This document shows, piece by piece, positions 27,593 through 36,921 of a stretch of DNA of 54,642 nt; positions within the stretch are counted from its first letter, which is position 1; every line of letters begins with the position of its first letter. Source of the stretch: a virus (taxonomy: Duplodnaviria; Caudoviricetes); the IMG/VR virus record IMGVR_UViG_3300021085_001452, positions 1-54,642 of that record; one strand, written 5' to 3'. Below the pieces are notes generated by a model. The model made no database searches. It saw only the letters and a list, made by a program, of their open reading frames with translations, and was not told the DNA's origin. Made by a program: the position numbers and the translations under genes.

Positions 27593-28414
27593 ATGAAATT
27601 AAATGATAAAGTAACCCTGGACATTGCTGCAACTGTAAAAGATGTAGTAGAGGGTAAAGTAAAAAAAGAAGAGGCTAAATATCCTCACGATATGTTTCAT
27701 CCCGAAACTGGTGAGAAGAAAGTAGCTAAAAATGAGAAAGACCATAAAGAACTTTCTAAGAAAGGTTATACTCACGACAAGCCAAAAAATGAATCGCCTG
27801 AAGAGCCTAGAGCAAAGGGTGAGAAAGATTTTAAAGCTTTACATAAAGTTAAAGCTTCTGGCGAGAAAGATATGGATGGTACAGTAGTTAAAGAAACCAA
27901 ACATGAGGAAGAAGAATCTCAAGAAGAGGCTAAACTTTCCGAAGAAGAGAAGTATAAACTTTTCTTTGCAAAGGCTTTGAAAAAGTTTGGTGCAAAATCA
28001 CCTGCTGAATTAGATAAAGAAAAAAGAAAAGAATTCTTTAACTATGTAGACAAGAACTATAAAGCAAAAAGTGAAGATGTTCAAGAAGATGTTAGGGACA
28101 TGAAAAACTATAAAGATAAAAATCGTAGAGGACACGAAGCCAGAGCATCTATCGAAGTAGTTAAAGGTAATAGTTCTAATAAGTTTAATGATGATTTTGG
28201 ATTTACTAAAGCTGAAATGGATCAGATGGATAAACTAATTAGTAAAATTAAAAAAATGCATGTAACTAGCTTTGATGGTGGTTCTTCTGCTCCAGCATCT
28301 TTAGAATTTTACGGTGATGAAGCTTCTTTAACTAAGTTTCTTGCTGATAGAAATGTACAAAAGATTGTTAAAAAATATAAGGCTAAGGTAAACGGACCAA
28401 CTTTAAATAAGTAA
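27593..28414 (+). CDS. Lys/Glu-rich protein (possible prohead core/internal protein)
   Basis: GGAGG RBS; TATAAATA at 27448; FFAKALKKFG.KSPAEL..FFNYVD. Confidence 0.65.
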   Translation: MKLNDKVTLDIAATVKDVVEGKVKKEEAKYPHDMFHPETGEKKVAKNEKDHKELSKKGYTHDKPKNESPEEPRAKGEKDFKALHKVKASGEKDMDGTVVKETKHEEEESQEEAKLSEEEKYKLFFAKALKKFGAKSPAELDKEKRKEFFNYVDKNYKAKSEDVQEDVRDMKNYKDKNRRGHEARASIEVVKGNSSNKFNDDFGFTKAEMDQMDKLISKIKKMHVTSFDGGSSAPASLEFYGDEASLTKFLADRNVQKIVKKYKAKVNGPTLNK

Positions 28415-28446
28415 CTACTGGCCTTTTTTGGAAGTATATATAATAT

Positions 28447-28818
28447 ATGATGAAAATATTTGACACACTGACTAATAAGAACTTTAAGCTCTTTGCAATG
28501 AACAACTATAACAATCCAGAATGTATTGAAGTAGAAGAATTTGAAGAGGACTTAAACAGATTTAAATATGTAAAACGATTATTAAGTCGTTATGAGTTAC
28601 ATGATGATTTACAAGAACGATTAATATTAAATCATCTTATTGTAATATATAACGTATTCGGTATTGAAAATGCTAATAAGATGATAGAATTTAAGGTAGA
28701 GCAAATTCACTACCCGTATCTAAAACCCTTTTTAGTATTTTTAAACTATTTAAGAGAAGATCAGTGGGTAGATATACCTATGGATCAATATATTATTAAA
28801 GTATTAAGGGAAATTTAA
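28447..28818 (+). CDS. Conserved T4-like hypothetical protein
   Basis: YNNPEC..EEF.EDL.RFKY.KRL..ERLILNH. Confidence 0.75.
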   Translation: MMKIFDTLTNKNFKLFAMNNYNNPECIEVEEFEEDLNRFKYVKRLLSRYELHDDLQERLILNHLIVIYNVFGIENANKMIEFKVEQIHYPYLKPFLVFLNYLREDQWVDIPMDQYIIKVLREI

Positions 28819-29396
28819 TGGGAGTTTTATCCAGAACAGGTGATTTAGTATACGCCTTTAGATTTTTAAGGCTACTTACTACGCCGTGGGAAAAGTCCAA
28901 AGCCTTTGAGTTAGGCCTAGTTGATGAGAATGGTAAAAAGTTAAAGAAGGCAACATCACCAGAAGAAAAATCTGCCTATACTGTTTTTCATAGATTAGTA
29001 TTTAACTTAAAAAGAATACTAGGTAAACTTCCATTTGGTAAAACTAAACTTGCAAGTTATGCAGCAGCACTCTTCTTAATTAAAGAGCAGACTGGTATGT
29101 CAGAAGAGTCAATTAAAAAAGTTTTAACAAAAGTTATTGGTGACTTTGAAAATGATATATTGGAAGAGTCAACTTGGTTTCAAGAAGATAATAGATTGAG
29201 ACCAGGTGTATATACATTAACAGAGGACATAGCATCACCACAGACGGGTGAAATTATTGCGATGTCTAAAACTAAAGTAAGGGTTGATGAATTTTTAGAT
29301 CCGGTGGATAAATTCTTTAACCAAAATATATACGAAGTGCATCACGTTCAAACAGCACAGAAGATATATATAAGTAATAGGAATTTAATAAGATGA
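28818..29396 (+). CDS. Conserved T4-like hypothetical protein
   Basis: FRFLRLLTTPW..G.VDENG..FHRLVFNLKR. Confidence 0.75.
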   Translation: MGVLSRTGDLVYAFRFLRLLTTPWEKSKAFELGLVDENGKKLKKATSPEEKSAYTVFHRLVFNLKRILGKLPFGKTKLASYAAALFLIKEQTGMSEESIKKVLTKVIGDFENDILEESTWFQEDNRLRPGVYTLTEDIASPQTGEIIAMSKTKVRVDEFLDPVDKFFNQNIYEVHHVQTAQKIYISNRNLIR

Positions 29397-29659
29397 AATC
29401 ATTTAAAGATATTTGGGAAGATGCCGCAGCCAATTCAGTAGGTGCTGGTGGTGTTTCAATGCCTTCAGATGCCATGTCACCTGATGCACATAAGAAACAT
29501 AAACAAAGAAATAAGAAAGAAGGCCCACGTTACGATGGTAGAACCAAAGAAGGTAGAAAATTCGTAGAAAGAATGCTTCGAAGAAAGAAAGTAAGAGAAC
29601 AAAAGAAGGAATTAATGGCCCAAAAAAGTAATCTGAAGACACTAGATACTAAGAATTAA
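29393..29659 (+). CDS. Hypothetical basic protein
   Basis: MKSFKDIWE.AAAN..G; YDGRTKE. Confidence 0.7.
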   Translation: MKSFKDIWEDAAANSVGAGGVSMPSDAMSPDAHKKHKQRNKKEGPRYDGRTKEGRKFVERMLRRKKVREQKKELMAQKSNLKTLDTKN

Positions 29660-29675
29660 TTAGGAAAGGTATATT

Positions 29676-30068
29676 ATGACAAAAATATTTATGGGTATAA
29701 TTGGGGCGATGGGATTATCATTCTTTCTCTATTATACATTTGCTGTTGTCCCTATGAAGAATAAGATAGAAGAACAGACAGCAGTTATTCTGGCACAAGA
29801 TCTCCGAGATCAGGAACAAAAAGCCACCATTCAATCCATTCAAGCAAATCTAACAAGAACAACTCAAGCTATGGCTGGGTTACAAGCAAGTAACCAGCAG
29901 TATGAAATCCAGATGAATGAACACTTGGATATATTTAGACGCCATAGTATTACTAAGTTGGCCAGTGCAAAACCTGGTTTAATAGAACTTAGAGCAAATA
30001 ATAGAACTAAGGAGGTATTCGATGCAATTGAAGAAGATAGCAATCGTATTAGCAGCCTTAACGATTAG
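29676..30068 (+). CDS. Putative inner-membrane spanin (Rz-like)
   Basis: N-terminal TM then coiled coil; overlaps a downstream lipoprotein. Confidence 0.6.
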   Translation: MTKIFMGIIGAMGLSFFLYYTFAVVPMKNKIEEQTAVILAQDLRDQEQKATIQSIQANLTRTTQAMAGLQASNQQYEIQMNEHLDIFRRHSITKLASAKPGLIELRANNRTKEVFDAIEEDSNRISSLND

Positions 30069-30537
30069 TGGATGTGCCCTATTACAGGGGCCTCGTGAAG
30101 TAGAGATTATAACTAAACCAATACAAATAGATATTGTTCAACCTACTCTACCACGCCCTATGGACTTAAAAGAACCAAGGTGGTATGTAGTATCTGATGC
30201 TACTATTATTGAAAACTGTTTAAAGAATGAAGAAGGAAACTCAGATTGTTCTTTAGGTAGAGAAGATATATATCCAGACGGGTATACATATTTAGATAGA
30301 TTTATTGATGATATTAAAAAACAGCATGGGGGAGATATAGTTTTCTTTGCTATGACTGCGGAAGACTATGAACTAATGTCTTATAATACACAAGAAATAA
30401 AAAGATATATTAACCAACTTGGAGAAGTAATAGTATATTATAGGAACGTAACGATCAATGATGAAAATGGTGCGGCAGTTGAAATTAAAGTGGAGGAACA
30501 GAATGGCGTCAACGAGAATGAAAGTGGAAAGGAGTAA
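30022..30537 (+). CDS. Putative outer-membrane spanin lipoprotein (Rz1-like)
   Basis: Signal peptide with lipobox ISGC, Pro-rich segment, GGAGG RBS inside the upstream gene. Confidence 0.6.
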   Translation: MQLKKIAIVLAALTISGCALLQGPREVEIITKPIQIDIVQPTLPRPMDLKEPRWYVVSDATIIENCLKNEEGNSDCSLGREDIYPDGYTYLDRFIDDIKKQHGGDIVFFAMTAEDYELMSYNTQEIKRYINQLGEVIVYYRNVTINDENGAAVEIKVEEQNGVNENESGKE

Positions 30538-31264
30538 ATGGGAAAGGGCAGTAATTGCAGCTAAGTTATCTGCAATTGCATATATGAATGAGAAACCAGC
30601 AATTACAGCGGCAAAGAAATTAGGATTTGCCTGGGTTAAGTTAATATCTAAAGATGGTGCAGAAGTACTAATCGCAAAAGATAGAAATGATTTATGGTTT
30701 GCATTTAGAGGAACAGAACCAAGTAAGTTAAATGATGTTATGGCAGACTTAAAAGTATTTAAGAATTCTGCGATGGCAGGTGGTAAAGTACATGGTGGTT
30801 TCCAACAAGAAGTAGATGATTTATGGATGGAAATAGTAAAAGAATTAGAGCACAATGACCAACTAAAAGTAAGAAAAGATGTTTACTTTACAGGACATTC
30901 ACTAGGTGCAGCAATGGCAACTATTAGTTCTACTAGATATCAACCACATGAACTCTTTACATTCGGTTCACCAAGAGTGGGTGGAAAAAGATTTATTAAA
31001 AATATTAAATGCCCTCATTATAGATTTATGAATAATAATGATATAGTTTGTAGAATCCCTCCAGCATGGCTAGGATTTAGACACCATGGAGAAATGATTT
31101 ACTTTAATAGAAATGGTGATAAACAACCTAAACCAACTTGGGGTGATATGTTCTATGGTATCTTTAACTCATGGAAAAGATTTAAATTCTTTGATGGAGT
31201 TGTAGATCATGGAATGCCTAACTATGTAAAAGCAATCAAAAGACTAGATAAGGTGGAGAAATAA
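30503..31264 (+). CDS. Class 3 lipase (alpha/beta hydrolase)
   Basis: AFRGT, VHGGF, TGHSLG, TFGSPRVG, NNDIV..IP, DH. Confidence 0.9.
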   Translation: MASTRMKVERSKWERAVIAAKLSAIAYMNEKPAITAAKKLGFAWVKLISKDGAEVLIAKDRNDLWFAFRGTEPSKLNDVMADLKVFKNSAMAGGKVHGGFQQEVDDLWMEIVKELEHNDQLKVRKDVYFTGHSLGAAMATISSTRYQPHELFTFGSPRVGGKRFIKNIKCPHYRFMNNNDIVCRIPPAWLGFRHHGEMIYFNRNGDKQPKPTWGDMFYGIFNSWKRFKFFDGVVDHGMPNYVKAIKRLDKVEK

Positions 31265-31265
31265 A

Positions 31266-31583
31266 ATGCATTGGCTAATTGTTCTTTCACTAAAATCAAT
31301 ACTATCCTCGATCATTGGTAGTTCTTTCTATCAATGGTTTCAGGGTACTGCACTTGGTATTTGGTTCCAAAAACAAGTAGATAAGTTTATGGAATACTTT
31401 GCCAAAAAATATGAACTTGAAGTATTAAAGAAAGATGCTAAGTTCAGAAAACAATATCCTCTTGCCGCAGAGAGGTTAGATGCCCTTGAGGCCAATTCTC
31501 ATCCATGTAAAGAGTTACATGAATTCGAAGCTTATCCAAAGCTTATAAAAAGAATAGAGAAATTAGAAAAAAATAGTAAATAA
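31266..31583 (+). CDS. Hypothetical protein with hydrophobic N-terminus
   Basis: 105-aa ORF, GGAG RBS. Confidence 0.65.
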   Translation: MHWLIVLSLKSILSSIIGSSFYQWFQGTALGIWFQKQVDKFMEYFAKKYELEVLKKDAKFRKQYPLAAERLDALEANSHPCKELHEFEAYPKLIKRIEKLEKNSK

Positions 31584-31586
31584 CTA

Positions 31587-31615
31587 TTTACAAGCACGTA
31601 AAAGTGTAGTATAAT
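31587..31615 (+). promoter_or_regulatory. sigma70-type early promoter
   Basis: TTTACA-N17-TATAAT upstream of nrdA. Confidence 0.8.
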
Positions 31616-31641
31616 ATATACTATTAAAACCGAGAAATATA

Positions 31642-33942
31642 ATGATAGGCACTAACACTATGGCTATACAAGTCACAAAAAGAAACGGCGATAGCCAAGA
31701 TTTCGATTTAGAAAAAGTACACAAAGTTTTAGAGTGGGCAACCGAGGGGCTTACTGGCGTTTCAATGTCAGAAATAGAACTTAAGGCTAACATCCAACTC
31801 TATGATAAAATCCCAGCATATGATATTCATGAGCTACTTATTAAGTCTGCTGCAGAACTCATATCTGAACACACCCCAAATTACCAATTCGTTGCCGCAA
31901 GGTTAATTTCTTATAAACTAAGAAAAGAAGTTTATGGTGATTATAAACCATGGCCACTTGCACATCTTATCATTGAAAATATATCCCGTGGGGTATATGA
32001 TGGTGAAATAATGAAAAGTTACACCCGCGATGAAGTAGATGAATTGGACAAATATATTAAACATGATAGAGACGACCATTTCACTTATGCTGGTATGGAA
32101 CAATTTAGAGGTAAGTACTTAGTACAAGATAGAAAGACAAAAGAACATTATGAAACACCTCAGATGTTGTATATGATGGTCTCAGCTACATTATTTAGTG
32201 ATTACCCAAAAGATATAAGAACGAAATACGTAAAGGATTATTACGATGCAATTTCTCAATTTTATATATCGTTACCTACTCCGATCATGGCTGGAGTTCG
32301 TACACCAACGCGACAGTTTTCATCTTGCGTACTTATTGAATCTGGCGATAGCCTTGACTCTATTAATTCTACTGCTTCTTCTATTGTCAAGTACATAAGT
32401 AAGAAGGCCGGTATAGGAATTAATGCAGGACAGATAAGGGCAGCAGGTGCAAGAGTTGGTGATGGATCAGTAGTACATACAGGACTCATACCATTCTTAA
32501 AATACTTTCAGTCTGCAGTTAAGTCTTGTTCACAAGGTGGCGTTAGAGGTGGGGCGGCTACAGTCTATCTACCTATATGGCATTATGAGTTTGAAGATTT
32601 AGTAGTACTAAAGAATAATAAAGGCACAGAAGAAAATAGAGTCCGACATATGGACTATGCATTCCAACTCAATAAATTAATGTATGAGAGATTATTATCA
32701 GGTGGTAATATAACACTATTTGATCCTAATGATGTTCCAGGGTTATATGAAGCATTCTTTGATGATCAAGATAAATTCAAAGAACTTTATGAGAAGTATG
32801 AAAGAGCATACTCCATTCGCAAGAAAACAATACCAGCATTAGAAGTATTCCAAAAACTACTTACCGAGAGAAAAGATACGGGTAGAATATATGTGATGAA
32901 TGTAGATCATGCAAACGATCATGGTTCATTTATTGCAGAAGAAGCACCTATTAAACAATCTAATCTATGCTGTGAGATTAATCTTCCTACTAATCCTTTA
33001 GAAAGTATGAATGATGAAAACGGAGAGATATCTCTTTGTACTCTATCAGCAATTAATTGGGGTTTAATAAATGACCCTAAAGACTTTGAAAAATATTGTA
33101 ATCTATCAGTAAGGGCACTAGATCAACTCTTAGATTACCAAGACTATCCTATTCTTGCTGCAGAAAGTTCAACCATTGATAGACGGCCATTAGGTATTGG
33201 TATTATTAATCTAGCATTCTTCTTGGCCAAAAGAGGTCTTAAATATGATGAAAGTGCATTCGAAGTAGTAGATGAATACGCAGAAGCATGGAGTTACTAT
33301 CTTATTAAGGCATCTGCAGACTTGGCAAAAGAAAAAGGCAAAATACCTTTAAATAATCAGACAAAATACGCGTTTGGAGATACGCCAAATACTACATATA
33401 AGAGTGCAGTAGATAATTTAATAGAGCATAAAGAAAGGTTACCTTGGGACGAATTGAGAACTCAACTTAAAACCACTGGTATCCGAAACAGTACTCTCAT
33501 GGCATTAATGCCCGCAGAAACATCTGCACAGATTTCTAATAGTACAAATGGTATTGAACCACCACGTGCTTTAGTATCATATAAACAATCTAAGGATGGT
33601 GTTCTGGCCCAAGTAGTTCCAGGGTATCATTATCTTAGAAATAAATATGATCTACTCTGGGATCAAAAATCTCCAGATGGATATCTAAAGATATGTGCTA
33701 TCTTACAGAAGTATGTTGATCAAGGTATTAGTGTCAATACTTCTTATAATCCAGAACACTACGAGGATAATAAAATTCCTATGTCGGTGATGCTACAAGA
33801 TTTAGTTACATCTTATAAGTATGGATTAAAACAACTTTATTACTTCAATACCTATGATGGTGCTGGAGAAATGAAAGAAGAGTTACCAGAACTCGAACAG
33901 ACTATCGTTGATGAAGATGATTGCGATAGTTGTAAAATATAG
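31642..33942 (+). CDS. nrdA: Ribonucleotide reductase class Ia alpha subunit
   Basis: ATP cone VTKRNG, QFSSC, SNLCCEI, LCTL, LYY, C-terminal CDSC; start may be 31660. Confidence 0.96.
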   Translation: MIGTNTMAIQVTKRNGDSQDFDLEKVHKVLEWATEGLTGVSMSEIELKANIQLYDKIPAYDIHELLIKSAAELISEHTPNYQFVAARLISYKLRKEVYGDYKPWPLAHLIIENISRGVYDGEIMKSYTRDEVDELDKYIKHDRDDHFTYAGMEQFRGKYLVQDRKTKEHYETPQMLYMMVSATLFSDYPKDIRTKYVKDYYDAISQFYISLPTPIMAGVRTPTRQFSSCVLIESGDSLDSINSTASSIVKYISKKAGIGINAGQIRAAGARVGDGSVVHTGLIPFLKYFQSAVKSCSQGGVRGGAATVYLPIWHYEFEDLVVLKNNKGTEENRVRHMDYAFQLNKLMYERLLSGGNITLFDPNDVPGLYEAFFDDQDKFKELYEKYERAYSIRKKTIPALEVFQKLLTERKDTGRIYVMNVDHANDHGSFIAEEAPIKQSNLCCEINLPTNPLESMNDENGEISLCTLSAINWGLINDPKDFEKYCNLSVRALDQLLDYQDYPILAAESSTIDRRPLGIGIINLAFFLAKRGLKYDESAFEVVDEYAEAWSYYLIKASADLAKEKGKIPLNNQTKYAFGDTPNTTYKSAVDNLIEHKERLPWDELRTQLKTTGIRNSTLMALMPAETSAQISNSTNGIEPPRALVSYKQSKDGVLAQVVPGYHYLRNKYDLLWDQKSPDGYLKICAILQKYVDQGISVNTSYNPEHYEDNKIPMSVMLQDLVTSYKYGLKQLYYFNTYDGAGEMKEELPELEQTIVDEDDCDSCKI

Positions 33943-33954
33943 AAAGGAAAGATA

Positions 33955-34416
33955 ATGAGATTATCAAAAAATTTTACTCTTCAGGAGTTTACAAAGTCGC
34001 AGACTGCTACTAGATTAGGGTTAGACAATGAACCTAATAGATCACATTTAAGTAATGCGAAAGATTTATTTAAATGGGTAGTACAACCGGTGCGTGATCA
34101 CTTTGGGCCAACAGTAATTAATTCTGGGTATAGAGGCCCTGCACTTAATACGGCTGTAGGAGGTTCTAAAACATCTCAACATTGTTTAGGTGAGGCAGTA
34201 GATATAGAATGTCCAGGTGTTTCTAATGTTGAAGTTGCAGAATGGATTAGAGATAACTTAAAGTTTGATCAACTTATTTTAGAATTCCATACTAAAGGAA
34301 TTCCAGATAGTGGATGGGTTCACGTATCTTATAAGAACCCAAAAGAAAACAGGCAGAAGTCCATGACTGCCCTAAAAGAAAATGGTAAGACGGTATATAA
34401 ATTAGGAATAAATTAA
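33955..34416 (+). CDS. Peptidase M15A (Zn peptidase, putative peptidoglycan hydrolase)
   Basis: LSKNFTLQEF, SGYR, SQH..GEAVD, WVHVS. Confidence 0.88.
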   Translation: MRLSKNFTLQEFTKSQTATRLGLDNEPNRSHLSNAKDLFKWVVQPVRDHFGPTVINSGYRGPALNTAVGGSKTSQHCLGEAVDIECPGVSNVEVAEWIRDNLKFDQLILEFHTKGIPDSGWVHVSYKNPKENRQKSMTALKENGKTVYKLGIN

Positions 34417-34427
34417 AGGAAAAATTA

Positions 34428-35501
34428 ATGACAGTTTTGAGCAAGAACAAAAAATCACATCTAAATAAAAATATGTTTTTAGATGAAGCAGTAGATGTAC
34501 AACGGTTCGATATATTAAAATATCCACAATTGGATAAGATAACAGAAAAGCAATTAGGATTCTTCTGGAGACCAGAAGAGGTAGATATTTCAAAAGATAA
34601 AAAGGACTTTGAGGGGCTAACTGAGCATGAACAACATATCTTTACATCTAATCTTAAAAGGCAGATTCTACTCGATTCTGTTCAAGGCAGAGCTCCTAAT
34701 ATGGCGTTTCTACCTATCGCATCGTTACCAGAAGTTGAAAACTGGATTGAAACATGGAGTTTCTTTGAAACTATCCACTCACGATCTTATACTCATATTA
34801 TTAGGAACATATATGCTAATCCTTCTACTGTTTTCGATAATCTATTGGATGTAAAAGAAATATTGGAATGTGGTAAAGATATCGCACAATACTATGATGA
34901 CTTAATAGATGCAAATCATGGCCCTACTAATAAGATGGATCATAAAAGATCACTATACATGGCTATGTTAAGTGCCAATGCTCTAGAAGGTGTACGTTTT
35001 TATGTATCCTTTGCATGTTCATGGGCCTTTGCAGAACTTAAAAAGATGGAAGGTAATGCCAAGATCATCAAGTTTATTGCCCGTGATGAAAATGTCCACC
35101 TTGCCTCAACCACTACTATGTTAAAACAACTAGTAAAAGAAGATAAAGATATGGCAAAGATTGCAAAAGAATTAGAACCAGAAGCAATTAAATTATATCA
35201 ATCAGTTATTGAACAAGAGAAATCATGGGCAGACTATCTCTTTAAAGATGGTTCAATGATTGGCCTTAACTGTAATATTCTAAAAGACTATATAGAATGG
35301 ATAGGCTGTAAAAGAATGAGAGCAATTGGATTGCCTTGCCCTTATACAGTAAGTAAAATGAATCCTTTACCATGGACGGAAAAGTGGATCGGTGGTGGTA
35401 ATGTCCAAGTGGCACCACAAGAAACCGAAATTAGTTCATACGTTGTTGGTGGAGTAAAACAAGATGTGGATGATACCACATTAAAAGGAATGAGTTTATG
35501 A
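34428..35501 (+). CDS. nrdB: Ribonucleotide reductase class Ia beta subunit
   Basis: FFWRPEE, LDSVQ, ETIHSRSY, LEGVRFYVSF, RDENVH, VAPQETE. Confidence 0.96.
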   Translation: MTVLSKNKKSHLNKNMFLDEAVDVQRFDILKYPQLDKITEKQLGFFWRPEEVDISKDKKDFEGLTEHEQHIFTSNLKRQILLDSVQGRAPNMAFLPIASLPEVENWIETWSFFETIHSRSYTHIIRNIYANPSTVFDNLLDVKEILECGKDIAQYYDDLIDANHGPTNKMDHKRSLYMAMLSANALEGVRFYVSFACSWAFAELKKMEGNAKIIKFIARDENVHLASTTTMLKQLVKEDKDMAKIAKELEPEAIKLYQSVIEQEKSWADYLFKDGSMIGLNCNILKDYIEWIGCKRMRAIGLPCPYTVSKMNPLPWTEKWIGGGNVQVAPQETEISSYVVGGVKQDVDDTTLKGMSL

Positions 35502-35692
35502 TACATATACCATGGTTTACTAAACCCGAAAAGGTATTACAGGTCGTAAATCTTTCCCCAAGTGAATCTTGGATTGAAAAATTAACAGAAGTACACCCAA
35601 TGAAGCAAATATTCTGGGCCGCAGTCATACAGGTTGCAGTGTTTGGTTTTATGTTGTTATCATTTTGGGTAATAAATGGAGTAGTACAATGA
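35498..35692 (+). CDS. Small membrane protein
   Basis: C-terminal hydrophobic helix; ATGA overlaps on both sides. Confidence 0.6.
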   Translation: MIHIPWFTKPEKVLQVVNLSPSESWIEKLTEVHPMKQIFWAAVIQVAVFGFMLLSFWVINGVVQ

Positions 35693-35916
35693 TAGAAATA
35701 TATGGCAAACCTAATTGTCCATACTGCGTTATGGCAGTAAACCTAGTAACTGAACATAAATTAGAATATACATATAAATCCCTGGATAAAGATTTTGATA
35801 GAGATGCATTATTTAAAATCTTTCCTACAGCAAGAACATTCCCACAAATAAAAGTTAATGAAAATAATATCGGAGGATATCAAGAACTTAAGGAATGGGT
35901 TGATAGTAATGTATAA
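35689..35916 (+). CDS. Glutaredoxin
   Basis: CPYC, TFPQI, IGGY. Confidence 0.9.
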   Translation: MIEIYGKPNCPYCVMAVNLVTEHKLEYTYKSLDKDFDRDALFKIFPTARTFPQIKVNENNIGGYQELKEWVDSNV

Positions 35917-36079
35917 TAGTTCAGACCCTACTCATTGGTATACTCATAACTGCGAATATTGCTACTCAGAAACCAAGATACATTTTACTGATGAAAAACC
36001 AGATAATGTATTCTGCCCAGTTTGTGGCACAGCCACTGAACCAGATTCTGATTCAAAAGAATTAAATTTTAACTACTAA
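35909..36079 (+). CDS. Small zinc-ribbon protein
   Basis: CEYC...CPVCG. Confidence 0.65.
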   Translation: MYNSSDPTHWYTHNCEYCYSETKIHFTDEKPDNVFCPVCGTATEPDSDSKELNFNY

Positions 36080-36087
36080 ATATAAGT

Positions 36088-36510
36088 ATGAATGAATGGC
36101 ATTACGAAGGCACAGAATGGTTAACTCCCGAAGGCTTCAATCCCAAAGACGCATACGGTTTTGTTTATCTGATAACGAACAAGAAAACAGACCAGAAGTA
36201 TATTGGAAAGAAGTTCTTTTGGAGTCAGAAAACTCTACCCATAACAAAGAAAAGAAAACGCCGTAAGAAACTCTTGGTCGAATCAGATTGGAGAAAGTAT
36301 TGGGGATCCAGTAAACATCTGCAAGAGGATATAGATAAGTATGGAGAAGATAACTTTACCAGAGAGATCATCCATCTATGTAAAACCAAGGGCGAATGTG
36401 CTTACTTAGAGGCCAAAGAACAGTTTGACCGCGATGTATTACTTACTGATGATTACTATAATGGTATTATTCAGATAAGATTAGGCGGTAATGCAGTAAA
36501 AAACTTATAA
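36088..36510 (+). CDS. GIY-YIG endonuclease
   Basis: GFVYLITN...YIGKK, YWGSS, YYN. Confidence 0.85.
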   Translation: MNEWHYEGTEWLTPEGFNPKDAYGFVYLITNKKTDQKYIGKKFFWSQKTLPITKKRKRRKKLLVESDWRKYWGSSKHLQEDIDKYGEDNFTREIIHLCKTKGECAYLEAKEQFDRDVLLTDDYYNGIIQIRLGGNAVKNL

Positions 36511-36517
36511 AAAACAC

Positions 36518-36546
36518 TTTACAAGCAGAAGGATTTGTAGTATAAT
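36518..36546 (+). promoter_or_regulatory. sigma70-type early promoter
   Basis: TTTACA-N17-TATAAT. Confidence 0.8.
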
Positions 36547-36555
36547 ATATCTATT

Positions 36556-36921
36556 ATGGGAAAGTTAATACAGTTTCCGACAGGAAAAGAAATTAAACAA
36601 GATGAAAGTGGTAATCACGAGGACTTGGTAGATACTCTATCCAATGAATCTATAGAGATTGCACAACATCTAGTGCACCAAATGGCCGCAGAAATAGAAT
36701 ATATGGACTATGGCTGGTTGCAAGGATTCGATATAGAAGATGAACAGTATGGCGAGAGTAGAGATGCTTTTGTAATTGTCAATATGATATATGCCATGTT
36801 ACTTAGATATATTGAAATCCCCCATAAACTCCAAAAAGATATGGATAATACCTATATAAAAATTAAGAAAATGCAAGCCACATTGGCTAAGGAAGATACA
36901 ACAGATAATGATATTACTTGA
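36556..36921 (+). CDS. Hypothetical protein
   Basis: 121-aa ORF, starts GKLIQFP. Confidence 0.65.
   Translation: MGKLIQFPTGKEIKQDESGNHEDLVDTLSNESIEIAQHLVHQMAAEIEYMDYGWLQGFDIEDEQYGESRDAFVIVNMIYAMLLRYIEIPHKLQKDMDNTYIKIKKMQATLAKEDTTDNDIT

Noticed and set aside
36088-36510. GIY-YIG gene as a mobile homing endonuclease
   Set aside because: Only 140 aa with no DNA-binding tail and no interrupted gene; more likely a core nuclease.
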